A stretch of DNA of 64,000 nucleotides from Eledone cirrhosa (taxonomy: Eukaryota). The notes under the pieces are model-generated. The model ran no database searches. It was not told the origin of the DNA and saw nothing but the letters and a program-made list of their open reading frames with translations. Location of the stretch: positions 18,104,001 through 18,168,000 of the forward strand of contig OZ024760.1 in assembly GCA_964016885.1 (NCBI GenBank), read 5' to 3'. Positions within the stretch are counted from its first letter, which is position 1. The number at the start of each line of letters is the position of its first letter. The translations under genes were made by a program, and so were the position numbers. Shown here piece after piece: positions 30,961 through 42,760 of the stretch.

Positions 30961-31509
30961 TAAGTTTCAATCCATGTGTGTGGAGCCTGGAGCTGACCAA
31001 TGCCTTGCAAGTGGAATTTGGTAGACAGAATCTCTGTGGAAGTCTTTCATGAGTGTTGGGCATGTATGTCTTCATGTTGACATCGTTAAAAATAAAAATC
31101 CTGTGCTGTTTGTTCCATGTCCCACTCGTGGCCTGGTGGTTTACTCAGGAAAGATCAGTAGAATGGTTAACAATTGGCAACAGGAAGGGCATTCAACCCT
31201 GGATTACTGCCTCAGAATGTACCATCCAACCCATGCCATTTGGAAAATAAGATATAAAAAAAATGCTGCAGCGGGTGTCGCTGGCCATTGTCCGAAGGGT
31301 GCAGCCCTAATACCACCTTGTCCTAGGCTTAGAGCCCATCACCCTCTCCCTTCCTCTTCCCATTCTTTTGTGACCCTAGAGCCCTTGTCTTTCTGTTTTC
31401 ATAACTACAAAAGATACTTGCATATTTTACAAGGGATTGACTGATTAAAATTATGTTTCAAGAATAAACAAATATGATAATGATGTTTTATGTTTTATTA
31501 TGTAACTAA

Positions 31510-31605
<96 letters not shown>

Positions 31606-32840
31606 TAAGTTTTTATCTTCTTTGCTTCCTTCTTCTTCTGCTTTTGCTTCTACCACTTATACCTGAGAGGGTCTTGGAAGGGAAACAGAGTCCTCAAACA
31701 CTCCTTCCAGCGGGTCCTGTCAGAAGCAACTGATCCGGCTGGATCTCTGAGCGAGACCAGACAAGTTCATGGATGTTATCCAACCATCTTGTTCGGTGTT
31801 TATCTACCTCCTGGGTCTCGTGCCAGTTGGTTTTGCCTGTAAAATCTGTCCAGCGATTATTTCCTGAGACATTCTAACCACATACTCTACATCTTTTACT
31901 AACTTATTTGCTGTTGGTTAGACATATATTGAACATATTAAGTAGCAGTATATCATCATCATCATTTTACGTCCATTTTTCCACACTAGCATCGGTTAGG
32001 CGGTTTGTCCTATTGTGGGTATATATTTGCATATAAGCTAGGTGCCATGTATACTCGAATATAAGAATGGGAAAGTTAAGATCAACCCCAGTACAATTAC
32101 TGGTACTTTATTTTATGTACCCCCGTACGGATGAAAGACAAAGTTAGTCTCACCAAGATTTGAACCCAGAAAGTAAGGAGCTGTAATTCTATACAGCGCA
32201 GCATGGTGTCTGACGCTCTACCAATCTCTGCCAATCCACCACCCTAATAAGGGTTTCTTATATAGGCACAGGGCCATCAATTTTGGGGGAAGGGAAAGTC
32301 AATTAAATCGACCCCAGTGCGTGACTGGTACTTTATTTTATCGACCCCATAAGGATGAAAGGCAAAGTTAACCTCGGCGGGATTTGAACTCAGATCATAA
32401 AGGGCCGTAACTCTATGCGTCAAACCATGCCGTCCGACCCTCTACCGATACTGCCAATACACCGCCTTATAATAATAATAATAATTCTGTTTGTTTCGAC
32501 ATTAGAGAAATGTATTCTGAAATAAGTAAATATTTTCTACTTAAATACATGACTATTTGAAGGGGAAGGGCTAATTGTCCCTGAAAAATAAGTTCTAACC
32601 TTTATATTTGAACCTTTACCAACTCTCCTGCTTCCATTCCCCCACCCCTGCTCTCAATCCCTCCCCCCAGTCTTCCACATCCTCCCCTCCTTCACACTTT
32701 TATCTCTTTCCTTTGTTTATTGCTTTTGTTTATAAGGAAAAGGATGTTGATCTGTATTTCCAGGCCAGTCTTGTGGGATATTTGTGTGTGAGTGTATGTG
32801 TGTGTGTAAATACATAGATAGATAGATAGATATACACACA

Positions 32841-32889
<49 letters not shown>

Positions 32890-33084
32890 TTCTCTATGCG
32901 TGGAAACATCTAAGACCCACAGCAGACAACTGAAGAAGGGAATTGTCTAATGTTTGTGTTTCCCTTACGCAAAAAATATGTATGTATATGTATATATATT
33001 TCTAAATATATATATATATAAGTATATGTAAATATATGTATATATTTCTAAATATATGTATATATAAGTATATATACATAGACA

Positions 33085-33413
33085 CATCATCATCATCATC
33101 ATCATTTTACATCCACTTTTCCCTGCTTGCAAGGGTGGGACGGGAACTGATTCTGGTTTCTACAGCTGGATGCCCTTCCTAACACCAACCTCATTTACAG
33201 TGAGTGCTGGGTGCTTTTTTGCCGTGGCACCTCCACGTCCACTTTGCAGTGGAATGATAGGGACCCCAGTCCTTATCTCATTTCTACAGCTGAGTAAACT
33301 GGAGCAATGTGAAATAAAGTGTCTTGCTCAAGGAAACAACACATCACTGAGAATTGAACTCTCAACCTTTCGATTGCAAGGCCAGTGATCTAACCACTAA
33401 GCCATGTGCCTCC
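33085..33413 (-). mobile_element. CORE-like SINE copy (left member of inverted pair)
   Basis: Reverse-complement match to 7758..8103, full length. Confidence 0.85.
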
Positions 33414-33495
33414 ATCATATATATATATATATATAGCGATGAAATACCGATGATGGTTGGAAGATCACTGATGAAGGACTAACTTTATTCATATA

Positions 33496-33780
33496 TGGCT
33501 TAGTGGTTAGAGCATTGGCCTTGCAATCGAAAGGTTGTGAGTTCAATTCTCAGACCGGGTGATGTGTTGTTTACTCAGCTGTAGAAATGAGATGATAGGG
33601 ACTGGGGTCCCTATCATTCCACTGCAAAGTGGTCGTGGAGGTGCCACGGCAGGAAAGCACCCAGCACTCGCTGTAAATGAGGTTGGTGTTAGGAAGGGCA
33701 TCCAGCTGTAGAAATCAAGCCAGAATCAGTTCCCGTCCCACCCTTGCAAGCAGGGAAAAGCGGACGTAAAATGAAATGAT
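33496..33780 (+). mobile_element. CORE-like SINE copy with internal deletion (right member of inverted pair)
   Basis: Matches 7758..8103 but lacks the CCTTGAGCAAG...CCAG core, joined at a GTTT microhomology. Confidence 0.85.
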
Positions 33781-33986
33781 TTTCCTTGAACTATCTAATT
33801 GTAAGAGAGACTATATTGAGTTTCTAACTCAATATATACTTTTTATATATATATGTAGAAGTTATATTTAATTTGTTGGGATACAACAAGCAAATATTTT
33901 TATAACTGATATAAAGCACTCAACAAATTATTGGAGTAAAAATACAATATATTAACAAATAGAAACTATATTTATAAAACCATATT

Positions 33987-34051
33987 TATTTCATTATACA
34001 TATTTCAAGGACACCAAAGCAAATTGTGGCGCGCTTTCATCAGATAAAATA
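33987..34051 (-). ncRNA. Hammerhead ribozyme motif, same family as 2949
   Basis: Minus: TATTTTAT-CTGATGA-aagcgcgcca...tggtgtcctt-GAAA-TATGTA-TA-ATGAAATA. A partial inverted copy of its 3' half lies at about 34222..34280. Confidence 0.65.
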
Positions 34052-35365
34052 TAATATAGATCAGTTTTATAAACAAATATTGACATACCCTTAAAGAATG
34101 CAACCATGTCGGTTAGAAGCTCCCGGATAGTGGGGTTACTAATTTTATTATTGGTCTATTATGCAAATTAGTGTCGGAGAGGTTTAAATCCCAGTACATT
34201 TAAATTAAGCCGTTGGAATAGGTGTCCTTGAAATATGTATAATGAAATAAATATAGTTTCCATTTGTTAATATATTGTATATATTTGATGATGATATATA
34301 TACAAACACACATATATTGTCTCAATGGGACAGCATGTCCTGCCCATGCTAGTACGGTAAGTGGACGCTAAACGATGATGTTGATATATATATATATATG
34401 CACACGCACATATATATATATATAAGCACACATATATATATGTGTGTATGTATGTATGTATATATATATATATAGGCGTGTTTAGGACTGCGAAGAATTA
34501 ATGAGTCTTATAGTTCTCTCTTTATCACAAATGGCCTCAATACATTTTATGAAGGTTATATAGAGATGCTTTCTCTTTCTCTCTCTTACTTTCTCATTTG
34601 TCACACACCACAGTAAAGCAACCCTTCCATAATCTTGACCCCTAAAAAACATATAATGGGGTCTGAAGGTTATTTTAAATGCCAGGGGGTCGATTAGTAA
34701 CGAAACGTGTCTTTTTTTTGGGGGGGGGGGGGGTATTTTACGCAGTTAGGAGGAGCAATCATCTATGTGGTTGATCGACTTGCTAGAAATAGCAGCCAAA
34801 TCTCAAATCACTTCCTACTACCTTCGGAGTTAATGGGAGAGCTTCTACTAGGTTGCTCAACCTGCTATTATTGACAACACTGAGGGGCGCTTCTATCTTG
34901 GTCAAAATGGTATTTCTGCCTTGATCAAAATGGAATTTCTCTTTATGTGAAAATAAGATTTTTCACCAGAGCAGATGAGTCTCCTGCTCACACTAGACTG
35001 ATTTTGGTTTGGTATCTACTGCTGGATGCACTTCCTAATGCCAGCCATATTTACAGTATGTATTGGGTGCTTTTTGTCTTGAAACTTACATGACTACTTT
35101 ACATCATGGGCTTTTTATTGTGGCACCTACATGACCACTTCAGTTTGGACTGGATACCTTTTATCATGGCACCAAAATGGCCACTTTACTGTGTTGACTG
35201 GGTGCTTTGCAGTGACACTTACATGGCCACGTCGTCAAAATATTTCTTTTTGGTAGACAGAAACTGTGTGGATGTCCTTCATGAGTTTTGACAAATTAAA
35301 TCTTATTAAATCTTTTTTTTTTTGTTTAAATTTGTTTCAATTTTCTTGTGTGTATTTTTTGCTAA

Positions 35366-35533
<168 letters not shown>

Positions 35534-35630
35534 TAAATATTATGTTGGAGGTATGTGTGTTTGATAAATTTCACACCCCCTCAGCCATATTGTTGATAAT
35601 TGGCATCCCTACATTCCGCCTATTTGTATA

Positions 35631-35904
35631 TCATCATCATTTTACATCCACTTTTCCCTTCCCTGCTTGCAAGGGTGGAACGGGTCCTATTCAGCACAGC
35701 ATCTCTCCACTTGTCATGGTTCTTCGTCATCTCCTCCGTGAGTTTCAGCGATCTGAAGTCTGCTCTCACCACCTCCGCCCATATTTTTCGTGGTCTTCCT
35801 CTTCTGCATCTTCCTTCTACTGGGATTTCTTGGCACTTCTTTACCCAGCGGTCATCCTCCATGTGCATCACATGTCCATACCATCTCAGTCTTCTCTCTT
35901 GCAC
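35631..35904 (-). mobile_element. RTE-clade LINE 3' end
   Basis: Translates RRLRWYGHVMHMEDDRWVKKCQEIPVEGRCRRGRPRKIW..., typical of the RTE ORF C-terminus; ends in a (TGA)n tail. Confidence 0.8.
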
Positions 35905-36392
35905 ACCACAACTTATATATATTTGGCTTTGGCCCCCACTTGGTCACGAATGACCATGGTTTTACACCTAGAAAGTTTCCCTCCGAAGCACAAACCTGTG
36001 CAAGGTTTTTTTTTTTGTGGAAGACCAGTAGTCGCCCATGCATACTAGCCTCCCCTCTCTACGCCACCGATGTTGTCCAAAGGAAAGGCAATGACTGATA
36101 CAGCTTGGCACAGTGACGTCGCAACTCATTTCTACAGCTGAGTAAAACTATATATGTGTATATATATATATATATATGCCAGAATCAGTTCCCGTATGAA
36201 CAAGACATGGTCAGCCGACCGGATACTGCCCACGACAGGACAACCCGTCTAACCCATGCTAGTGTGGAAGAACGGACATAAAACGGTGATGATGATGATG
36301 TGTGTGTAAAAGGTAAATAGAAATAACAACACAATCGGTACAGTATATGGAAGGAATATATTAGTTTAACACTTGATATAGCAGGAAGAGGG

Positions 36393-36428
36393 TCTTAACA
36401 TTTCAGATGCTAGTCTTTCATCAGAAGA
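36393..36428 (-). ncRNA. Decayed minimal hammerhead motif
   Basis: Minus: TCTT-CTGATGA-aagactagcatct-GAAA-tg-TT-AAGA; consistent with CpG decay of a GAAACGTC form. Confidence 0.35.
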
Positions 36429-36692
36429 AAGAATAAGACATTAGAAAGATTGAAGGAACATGCAGGGTGGAATCGTAAAAAAATGTTTTTTAGAGAAAAA
36501 TATCAGGTCCTTTAATGTTGCCATCTCTTATTCGTTGGATTTTCACTCTGAAACTGGATCTATACCTGGAGTTTACCTGAACTTCTACCTGGTCATCTTT
36601 TTGTATCACTGATATTTTCTTTGCTTCTTGCATTATAGATATACACACATATATATACATACACATTTATATATATTGATACACTCTCACAC

Positions 36693-36746
<54 letters not shown>

Positions 36747-36958
36747 TCCGAAGAATACGGTATGATTGAACCTATATATGAGATCTGATATTATATAACT
36801 GCTATAGATCAGACAATATATCAATATGATCAACCCTCCGAAACGATAGTAAAACAATGACATGAATAGGTAAAATAACTTGACTTTGTTATTATTTTCA
36901 TTGTTAAATTAATACCTTATATATATATAGTTATGTAATAAACAACATAAGGCAATTA

Positions 36959-37020
36959 TTTCATTTACCAGTGGTTTCTTAAAAGCAAAAAAAAATTTGC
37001 TTTCAATCATCAGAATGAAA
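36959..37020 (-). ncRNA. Hammerhead ribozyme motif in fold-back 36927..37153
   Basis: Minus: TTTCATT-CTGATGA-ttgaaagcaaa...tttgcttttaa-GAAA-ccactgg-TA-AATGAAA; 7-bp stem I; GUA cleavage triplet; stem II closes with U-A rather than the usual G-C. Confidence 0.65.
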
Positions 37021-37060
37021 AAATCCTGAAAATCCAACGTCAATAAATACACCAGGATTT

Positions 37061-37121
37061 TTTAACTCTGATGATTGAAAGCAAAATTTTTTTGCTTTTA
37101 AGAAACCACTGGTAAATGAAA
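37061..37121 (+). ncRNA. Hammerhead ribozyme motif, Rac1-sense copy with weakened stem I
   Basis: CTGATGA at 37068-37074, 12-bp stem II, GAAAccactggTA; 5' strand of stem I reads TTTAACT instead of TTTCATT. Confidence 0.5.
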
Positions 37122-37299
37122 TAATTGCCTTATGTTGTTTATTACATAACTATTAAGCTCTGTTACCTACATAGAGCACTCTTTTTCCTGGACTTTTTCG
37201 ACGGAATTACTTCATTCATACATACATATAGTCTGCGATGTTGAGACCAAGGAGACACACAATCCAAAACTGCTTGGCGCTGTAGTCAGGATTTTACAT

Positions 37300-37790
37300 A
37301 TCTCTCTCTCTCTGCTTCATTAATTTCCAACTTTCGCAGGTCCTTTACACACATCAACTAGGACTCATTACCATGCAACATTGCTGTTTGTACACATGCA
37401 TCATAAAATCTGCCCTTCATGTTGAAGGAAAAACCTTTTGTAGTTAGCAGCAATTGTGACTCCCTAAACTTTCTCCATCCTGGTCTTACTCTGGCTACTG
37501 TACTTTTGAAACCCCCTCCTCCAGTGCTAATTTGGTCTCCCAGGTAACAGAAACTACCAACTATTTCTACAGAGGCCTCTGGGCATTTGAAGGAGCTAGT
37601 ATTCTGTGGGATCTTGCTACTTACTGCTCCTATACATCGGCCACATATAAAACCTACATTTTTTGATAGCCTGCCTGTGATCCTATTACACCTTTTGTGT
37701 ACCCACAGGGGGCATATGATGGAATTTCTACCTACTCCTTTCCTGCACACTAAGCAAGGCCATTTCCCCGAAGGGGAATGTACTGATATT
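37300..37790 (-). mobile_element. RTE-clade LINE fragment (post-RT region with Cys/His insert)
   Basis: GKWPCLVCRKGVGRNSI..C..WVHKRC...FCYLGD...GWRKFRE...MLHGNES. Confidence 0.75.
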
Positions 37791-38339
37791 GAATAAAGAT
37801 CAGATTTTGATTTTAAAGTTGAATCGATCATTAACAAGCAGCTTATGTAATTTTAACATTACTAATTAATGCAAAGTTCATCTTTTTTTTTTTTTTTTTT
37901 TTTCGCTATCTTCCAATTGTTACATTGGTTTGAGTAAAAAAATATATTGGAAATTTAGAAATTAATTTTTAATAATTACTGAATTAGTGCTTTTAATGCT
38001 AGGCATGAATATAATTCTGTTATGAGATCTATATAGACCAGAGGGATATATACATATACCATATATACATATACCATATATACCGTATATATATATATAT
38101 ATTTGAATATAAGCTGCCCACCCCATATTTTGTGTCTGAGAAATGGGCAAAAAAAGCCCAAACCTCGTGTATAATCAACATTTAGATTGTGTGAGTTTGA
38201 TATTCTCGAGAGTGGAGAATATATTTATGAAGTTTTAGTATTGATAAAATTTGTCCCCTTACCTTACATTTTGTATTAATTCACATTTCCCACTTACTAT
38301 CATATTTGTATTTATTTTGATGGAAAAAATTATATTTGA

Positions 38340-38530
38340 ACTCTACCAGTAGGAGCCCCAGGGGTAGACCCTGGACAAGATGGTTGGTTAACATCCATTT
38401 GCTTGGCTGGTTTCACTTGGGGATCCAGTCGGATATGTTGGCGACAGTTGCTTCTGACAGGACCCTCTGGAAGGAGTGTTTATGCTCTCTCCCTCTCAAC
38501 TTTCTCAGGAATAAGTGGGTGAAGAAGATA
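38340..38530 (+). mobile_element. RTE-clade LINE 3' fragment, second family (also 15690..15990 and 31660..31885 on -)
   Basis: RSPRGRPWTRW...VASDRTLWKECL; shared CTTCTGACAGGACCC..TGGAAGGAGTGTT motif. Confidence 0.6.
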
Positions 38531-40911
38531 ATAACAATAATAGCTAACAGTCTATCAGATGTACTGCAGATTAACATAACTGGTGGCAATCACATACCTG
38601 CCCCATCACAATTTTGAGCTAATTTACCTTTCCCACAGGATATAATAGACCTTTTGTAAACCCTGGTTTAATGTCTGTTTTCCCTGCTAACGAGGGTTGG
38701 ACAAATGCGTTTTGCCATTAGGATAATTGTCCTGTCTTTGGCATAGCTAAAGAGTCCTTCATGACCATTTGCTCGGTAGGTTTTCTATGACTGAGAGTCC
38801 TTTTTGTCACCAACCACTTTACAGTGTGTACTGGGTGGTCATTTATCATGTAGCTCACCAACCTTAAGGTCAGGGGGACCCTACAGTTATGTCATAGACG
38901 TGACAACTTCCCTTTCTTTGGAGGGTTTTCTACCACATTACACAGTGTACTGGGTGATCTAGTGGTAAGGGTGTTGGACTTAGGACCAATAAGGTCGTAA
39001 GTCTTGGGCTCAATTCCTGGGCTGGTTTGTGTGTTGTGTTCTTGAACAAAACACTTGATTTCACATTGCTCCAGTATAATTAGCTGTAAATCAGTGCCAG
39101 CAACAGCTGGGGGTTTAACCCTAAGAGGGACTAGCGTCCTGTCCAGGGGAAGTCTTGTACTCACAGTTGCTTCATTCCATGAAACCAGGATAACCACCTG
39201 CCTAACGAGTCTTCTGGCTTAAGACAGACTTTGACCCTACAATTGACTAGCGTTCTGTCCAGGGGGTGGGGGTCTTGTACTCTCAAGCTTCCTAACTAGC
39301 CTTCTGGCCTAAGCACCTGCCTAACTAACCTTCTGGCTTGAGACAGACTTTAGACTAGGGTCATGTACAGCACAACTGTACCATATATTTTGTCCATGGG
39401 GAAGGCACATGGTCAAGTTGGTTCAATTCCTGGACTGGACTGGAAGTTACATTGCATTTATGGGTAGGCCTATCACGAAATGCAACTTAAAATGAAGTGA
39501 CTTGTTCAAGAATGTATTGCTTGGTCCAGGAGTGAAACCCGACCTTCTGGTTGTTAGTCCAACAACCACTAGGCCATAGGCATATCCCCATTTTGTCATC
39601 AGGAAGTCTAGTGTCCTATATTTTCATATCTGTTATTGCTACAATCTATAGAAATATTTGTAATGAGATATTAATTAACTATTTAGAACAATAGTCAATT
39701 AAATGTCAGTTATTATTTAAAAATAACGATGGTGATTTATTTCACTAAATAATTAAATAATTTGCTGCTGAAATAACATAAAAATATTAATTTTAAAAAA
39801 TGACAACAAACCATTACATAAATAGAATGTTTTATACACCAAAACCCAAATGACTTCTCTGTCACTCTCTCTCACTCTCTCTCTCTCTCTCTGTCACTCA
39901 CACTATCACACTCCCTCTCTCTGTCTCTCTTTCACTGTCACTTTCTCTCTCTGTCTCTCTTTCACTGTCACTTTCTCTCTCTGTTTATATATACATATAT
40001 ATATATAATATATACACACACTCACATATGTATATATAATATGCCTCAGTCATTGAATATATTATTTTGTAAAAGTTAACGAGTCATTAAACAATATATG
40101 TTCAAAATAGCATGTTAAATTTGAAATATTTAAGACTGCTAAATATATCATCTTACCCAACATATTTTCCACTTTATAATAATATTCTAGAACTTGATAT
40201 GTGGCCACTGGTTAGGTGTCGGCAATTCTCTCGAGGTGTTTCATGAAATTTAATAAAATCTGGTATATTTTTACAAATCCCTCTCGCTCTGATCAGTCGA
40301 CAAAATCCCAAACCTCATTTGCTTGCCGAGTGGGGTGGGCCTTGTCAAATCAGACCAAGGGAACTTTTGTTTCCATTGGTACTCACTGTAAATGAAGTTG
40401 GTGTTAAGGAAGGGCATCCAGCTGTAGAAATCAGGCCAGAATCAGTTCTGTAGGAGCAAGTCATGGTCACCTGACCTGGCATTGCCCTCAACAGGACAAC
40501 CTGTCTAACCTATGCTAGCGTGGAAGAATGGACGTAAAATGGTGATGATGATGACGGTCTTTCCATTGCTGATGCTATCTTCCGCTAGCAACTCCTTGGC
40601 AGAAGGAGCAAAATGAAATAAAGTCTTGCTCAAGGATTCAACACACCAGCTGGTCCGAGAATTGAACTCGCAACCTCACGATTGCAAATCCAACACTCTA
40701 ACCACTAAGCCATGTGCCTTTCCTCCATCTCTCTTTTATTTATCAACCCTTTCATTACTGTATCTCTAATGAAATACACTACGTATGCGTTTCAATTCAT
40801 TTTGAAAATAACCCCAAAATTTCAGGAATTTAATAAAATGTTTTAGTTAGTAAGCTGATATTTAGAACGTTACTTAACAAAAATTTCTAAAATAAAATTG
40901 CTAGGTTTTAA

Positions 40912-41060
40912 TACGAGGTGCGTTAAAAAAGTATCCAACTTTTTTTTCCCTGCCAAAACTAATGCAGCGTGGGCAAAATGCTTTGGGTGGGAGGTGACGT
41001 TACCCTTCCTGTGCATGCGTGAAAATTTTCATGCCAGTAGTCCGCCTCAGTTCCTGATTG
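40912..41060 (+). mobile_element. Mariner-like TIR fragment
   Basis: TA-CGAGGTGCGTTAAAAAAGTATCC resembles mariner termini; no partner end found. Confidence 0.35.
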
Positions 41061-41076
41061 TTATGCCTGGAAGTTA

Positions 41077-41500
41077 AGGAAGGAGCTCTGTGGGGTGGGC
41101 TGAAAGAAGGAGCCCTATGGGGTTGGCTGAAGGAAGGAGTTCTGTGGGGTGGGCTGAAGGAAGGAGCCCTATGAGGTGGGCTAAAGGAAGGAGCCCTATG
41201 AGGTGGGCTAAAGGAAAGGAGCCCTATGAGGTGAGCTAAAGGAAAGGAGCCCTATGAGGTGAGCTAAAGGAAAGGAGCCCTATGAGGTGGGCTAAAGGAA
41301 ATGAGCCCTGTGAGGTAGGGTGAAGGAAGAAGCCCTGTAGGGTGGGCAAAAGGAAGGAGCCCTATGAGGTGGGCTAAAGGAAGTGGCCCTGTGAGGTAGG
41401 GTGAAGGAATGAGCCCTGTGGAGTGGGCTGAAGGAATGAGCCCTGTGGAGTGGGCTGAAGGAATGAGCCCTGTGGGGTGGGTTGAAGGAATGGACTCTGT
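41077..41500. repeat. 27-28 bp purine-rich minisatellite
   Basis: AAGGAAGGAGCCCTATGAGGTGGGCTA-type units. Confidence 0.85.
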
Positions 41501-42013
41501 AAGGTGGGGGTGACTGTTGCAGTGAGTGTATTTGACCATTTTATCAACAGGGCGTCGCTGAAAGCCCGCTCCGACTGGAGCGCAGCAGAGCCTAACATTG
41601 CTTCCCACTCCCCCTTTCGTTGCTTGATTCCTTTTTTTTTTGTTTATTTGATTCCATATTGCTAGAGATTGACTGTAGTTGATGTAGTCCTCTTCTTTAC
41701 AGTAGGATGGAACTGTCTAGGTTAAAACTGATGGCTTTGTTCTGAATAAATACAGCACCCAGTTGACACACTTTCTAATGTATGGTGTGAACACACACAC
41801 ACACACACACACACTGTAATCCATGGCCTTTAGGCCAAACTTGTTCACATTAATTGCGCCAGTATTTGTAGCTAATTCTGTCTGACAAACCATAATAAAA
41901 ACTGTGTCTGTGTGTATATATATATAAACACACACACATGCATACATACAATTTAGAAATATTTGTTTTGTCTAATTTTTAAATACAATTTTTGGCATTT
42001 CTCTCTCTCTTTC

Positions 42014-42059
<46 letters not shown>

Positions 42060-42120
42060 CGTATGTATATATTCCTTCCATATACTGATTGTGCTGTTAT
42101 TTCTGTTTACCTTTTACATA

Positions 42121-42159
<39 letters not shown>

Positions 42160-42321
42160 GTAGTAACACAACAGTTAGTTCACCATACTCAGTATGGTGA
42201 ACTAACTGTTGTTACTACTACTACCAAACTCGTCCCGTGGACTGAGTGCTCTACCACCTCAGATATTACCTTCCAGTGTTCTCTCTCTCTCCCCCCCTCC
42301 CCTTCTCTCTCTCTATTTAGT

Positions 42322-42564
42322 GTAGGCATGTGGCCCAGTGGTAAGGGTGTTGGACTTACTATCGTGTTGTGTTCTTGAACAGAACACTTCATTTCACATT
42401 GCTCCAGTATACTCAGCTGAGAATGAGTACCAGCAATAGCTGGGGTTTAACCCTGCGATGGACTGGTGTCCTGTCCAGCGGCGAGTCTTGTACTCTGTTA
42501 CTTCAAGCCATGAAACCGGGATAAGCACCGACCTAACAAGCCTTCTGGCTTAAGATAGACTTTA
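42322..42564 (+). mobile_element. tRNA-derived SINE with alternative 3' half (also 38950..39235)
   Basis: A-box-like TGGCCCAGTGG, CORE-like GTGTTCTTGAAC...ACTT, then AACCCTGCGATGGACT...GAAACCGGGATAAGC. Confidence 0.6.
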
Positions 42565-42760
42565 TATATATATATATATATATTTAAATATATCACCATT
42601 ATCATCATTTTACATTTGATTTCCCTGCTTGCAAGGCACAGCCTCTCTCCATTTGTCACGGTCCTTCGTAATCTCCTCTGTGAGCTTCAGTGATTTGAGG
42701 TCAGCTCTCACCACTTCTGCCCATGTCTACCATGGTCTTTCTCTACTGCATCTTCCTACG

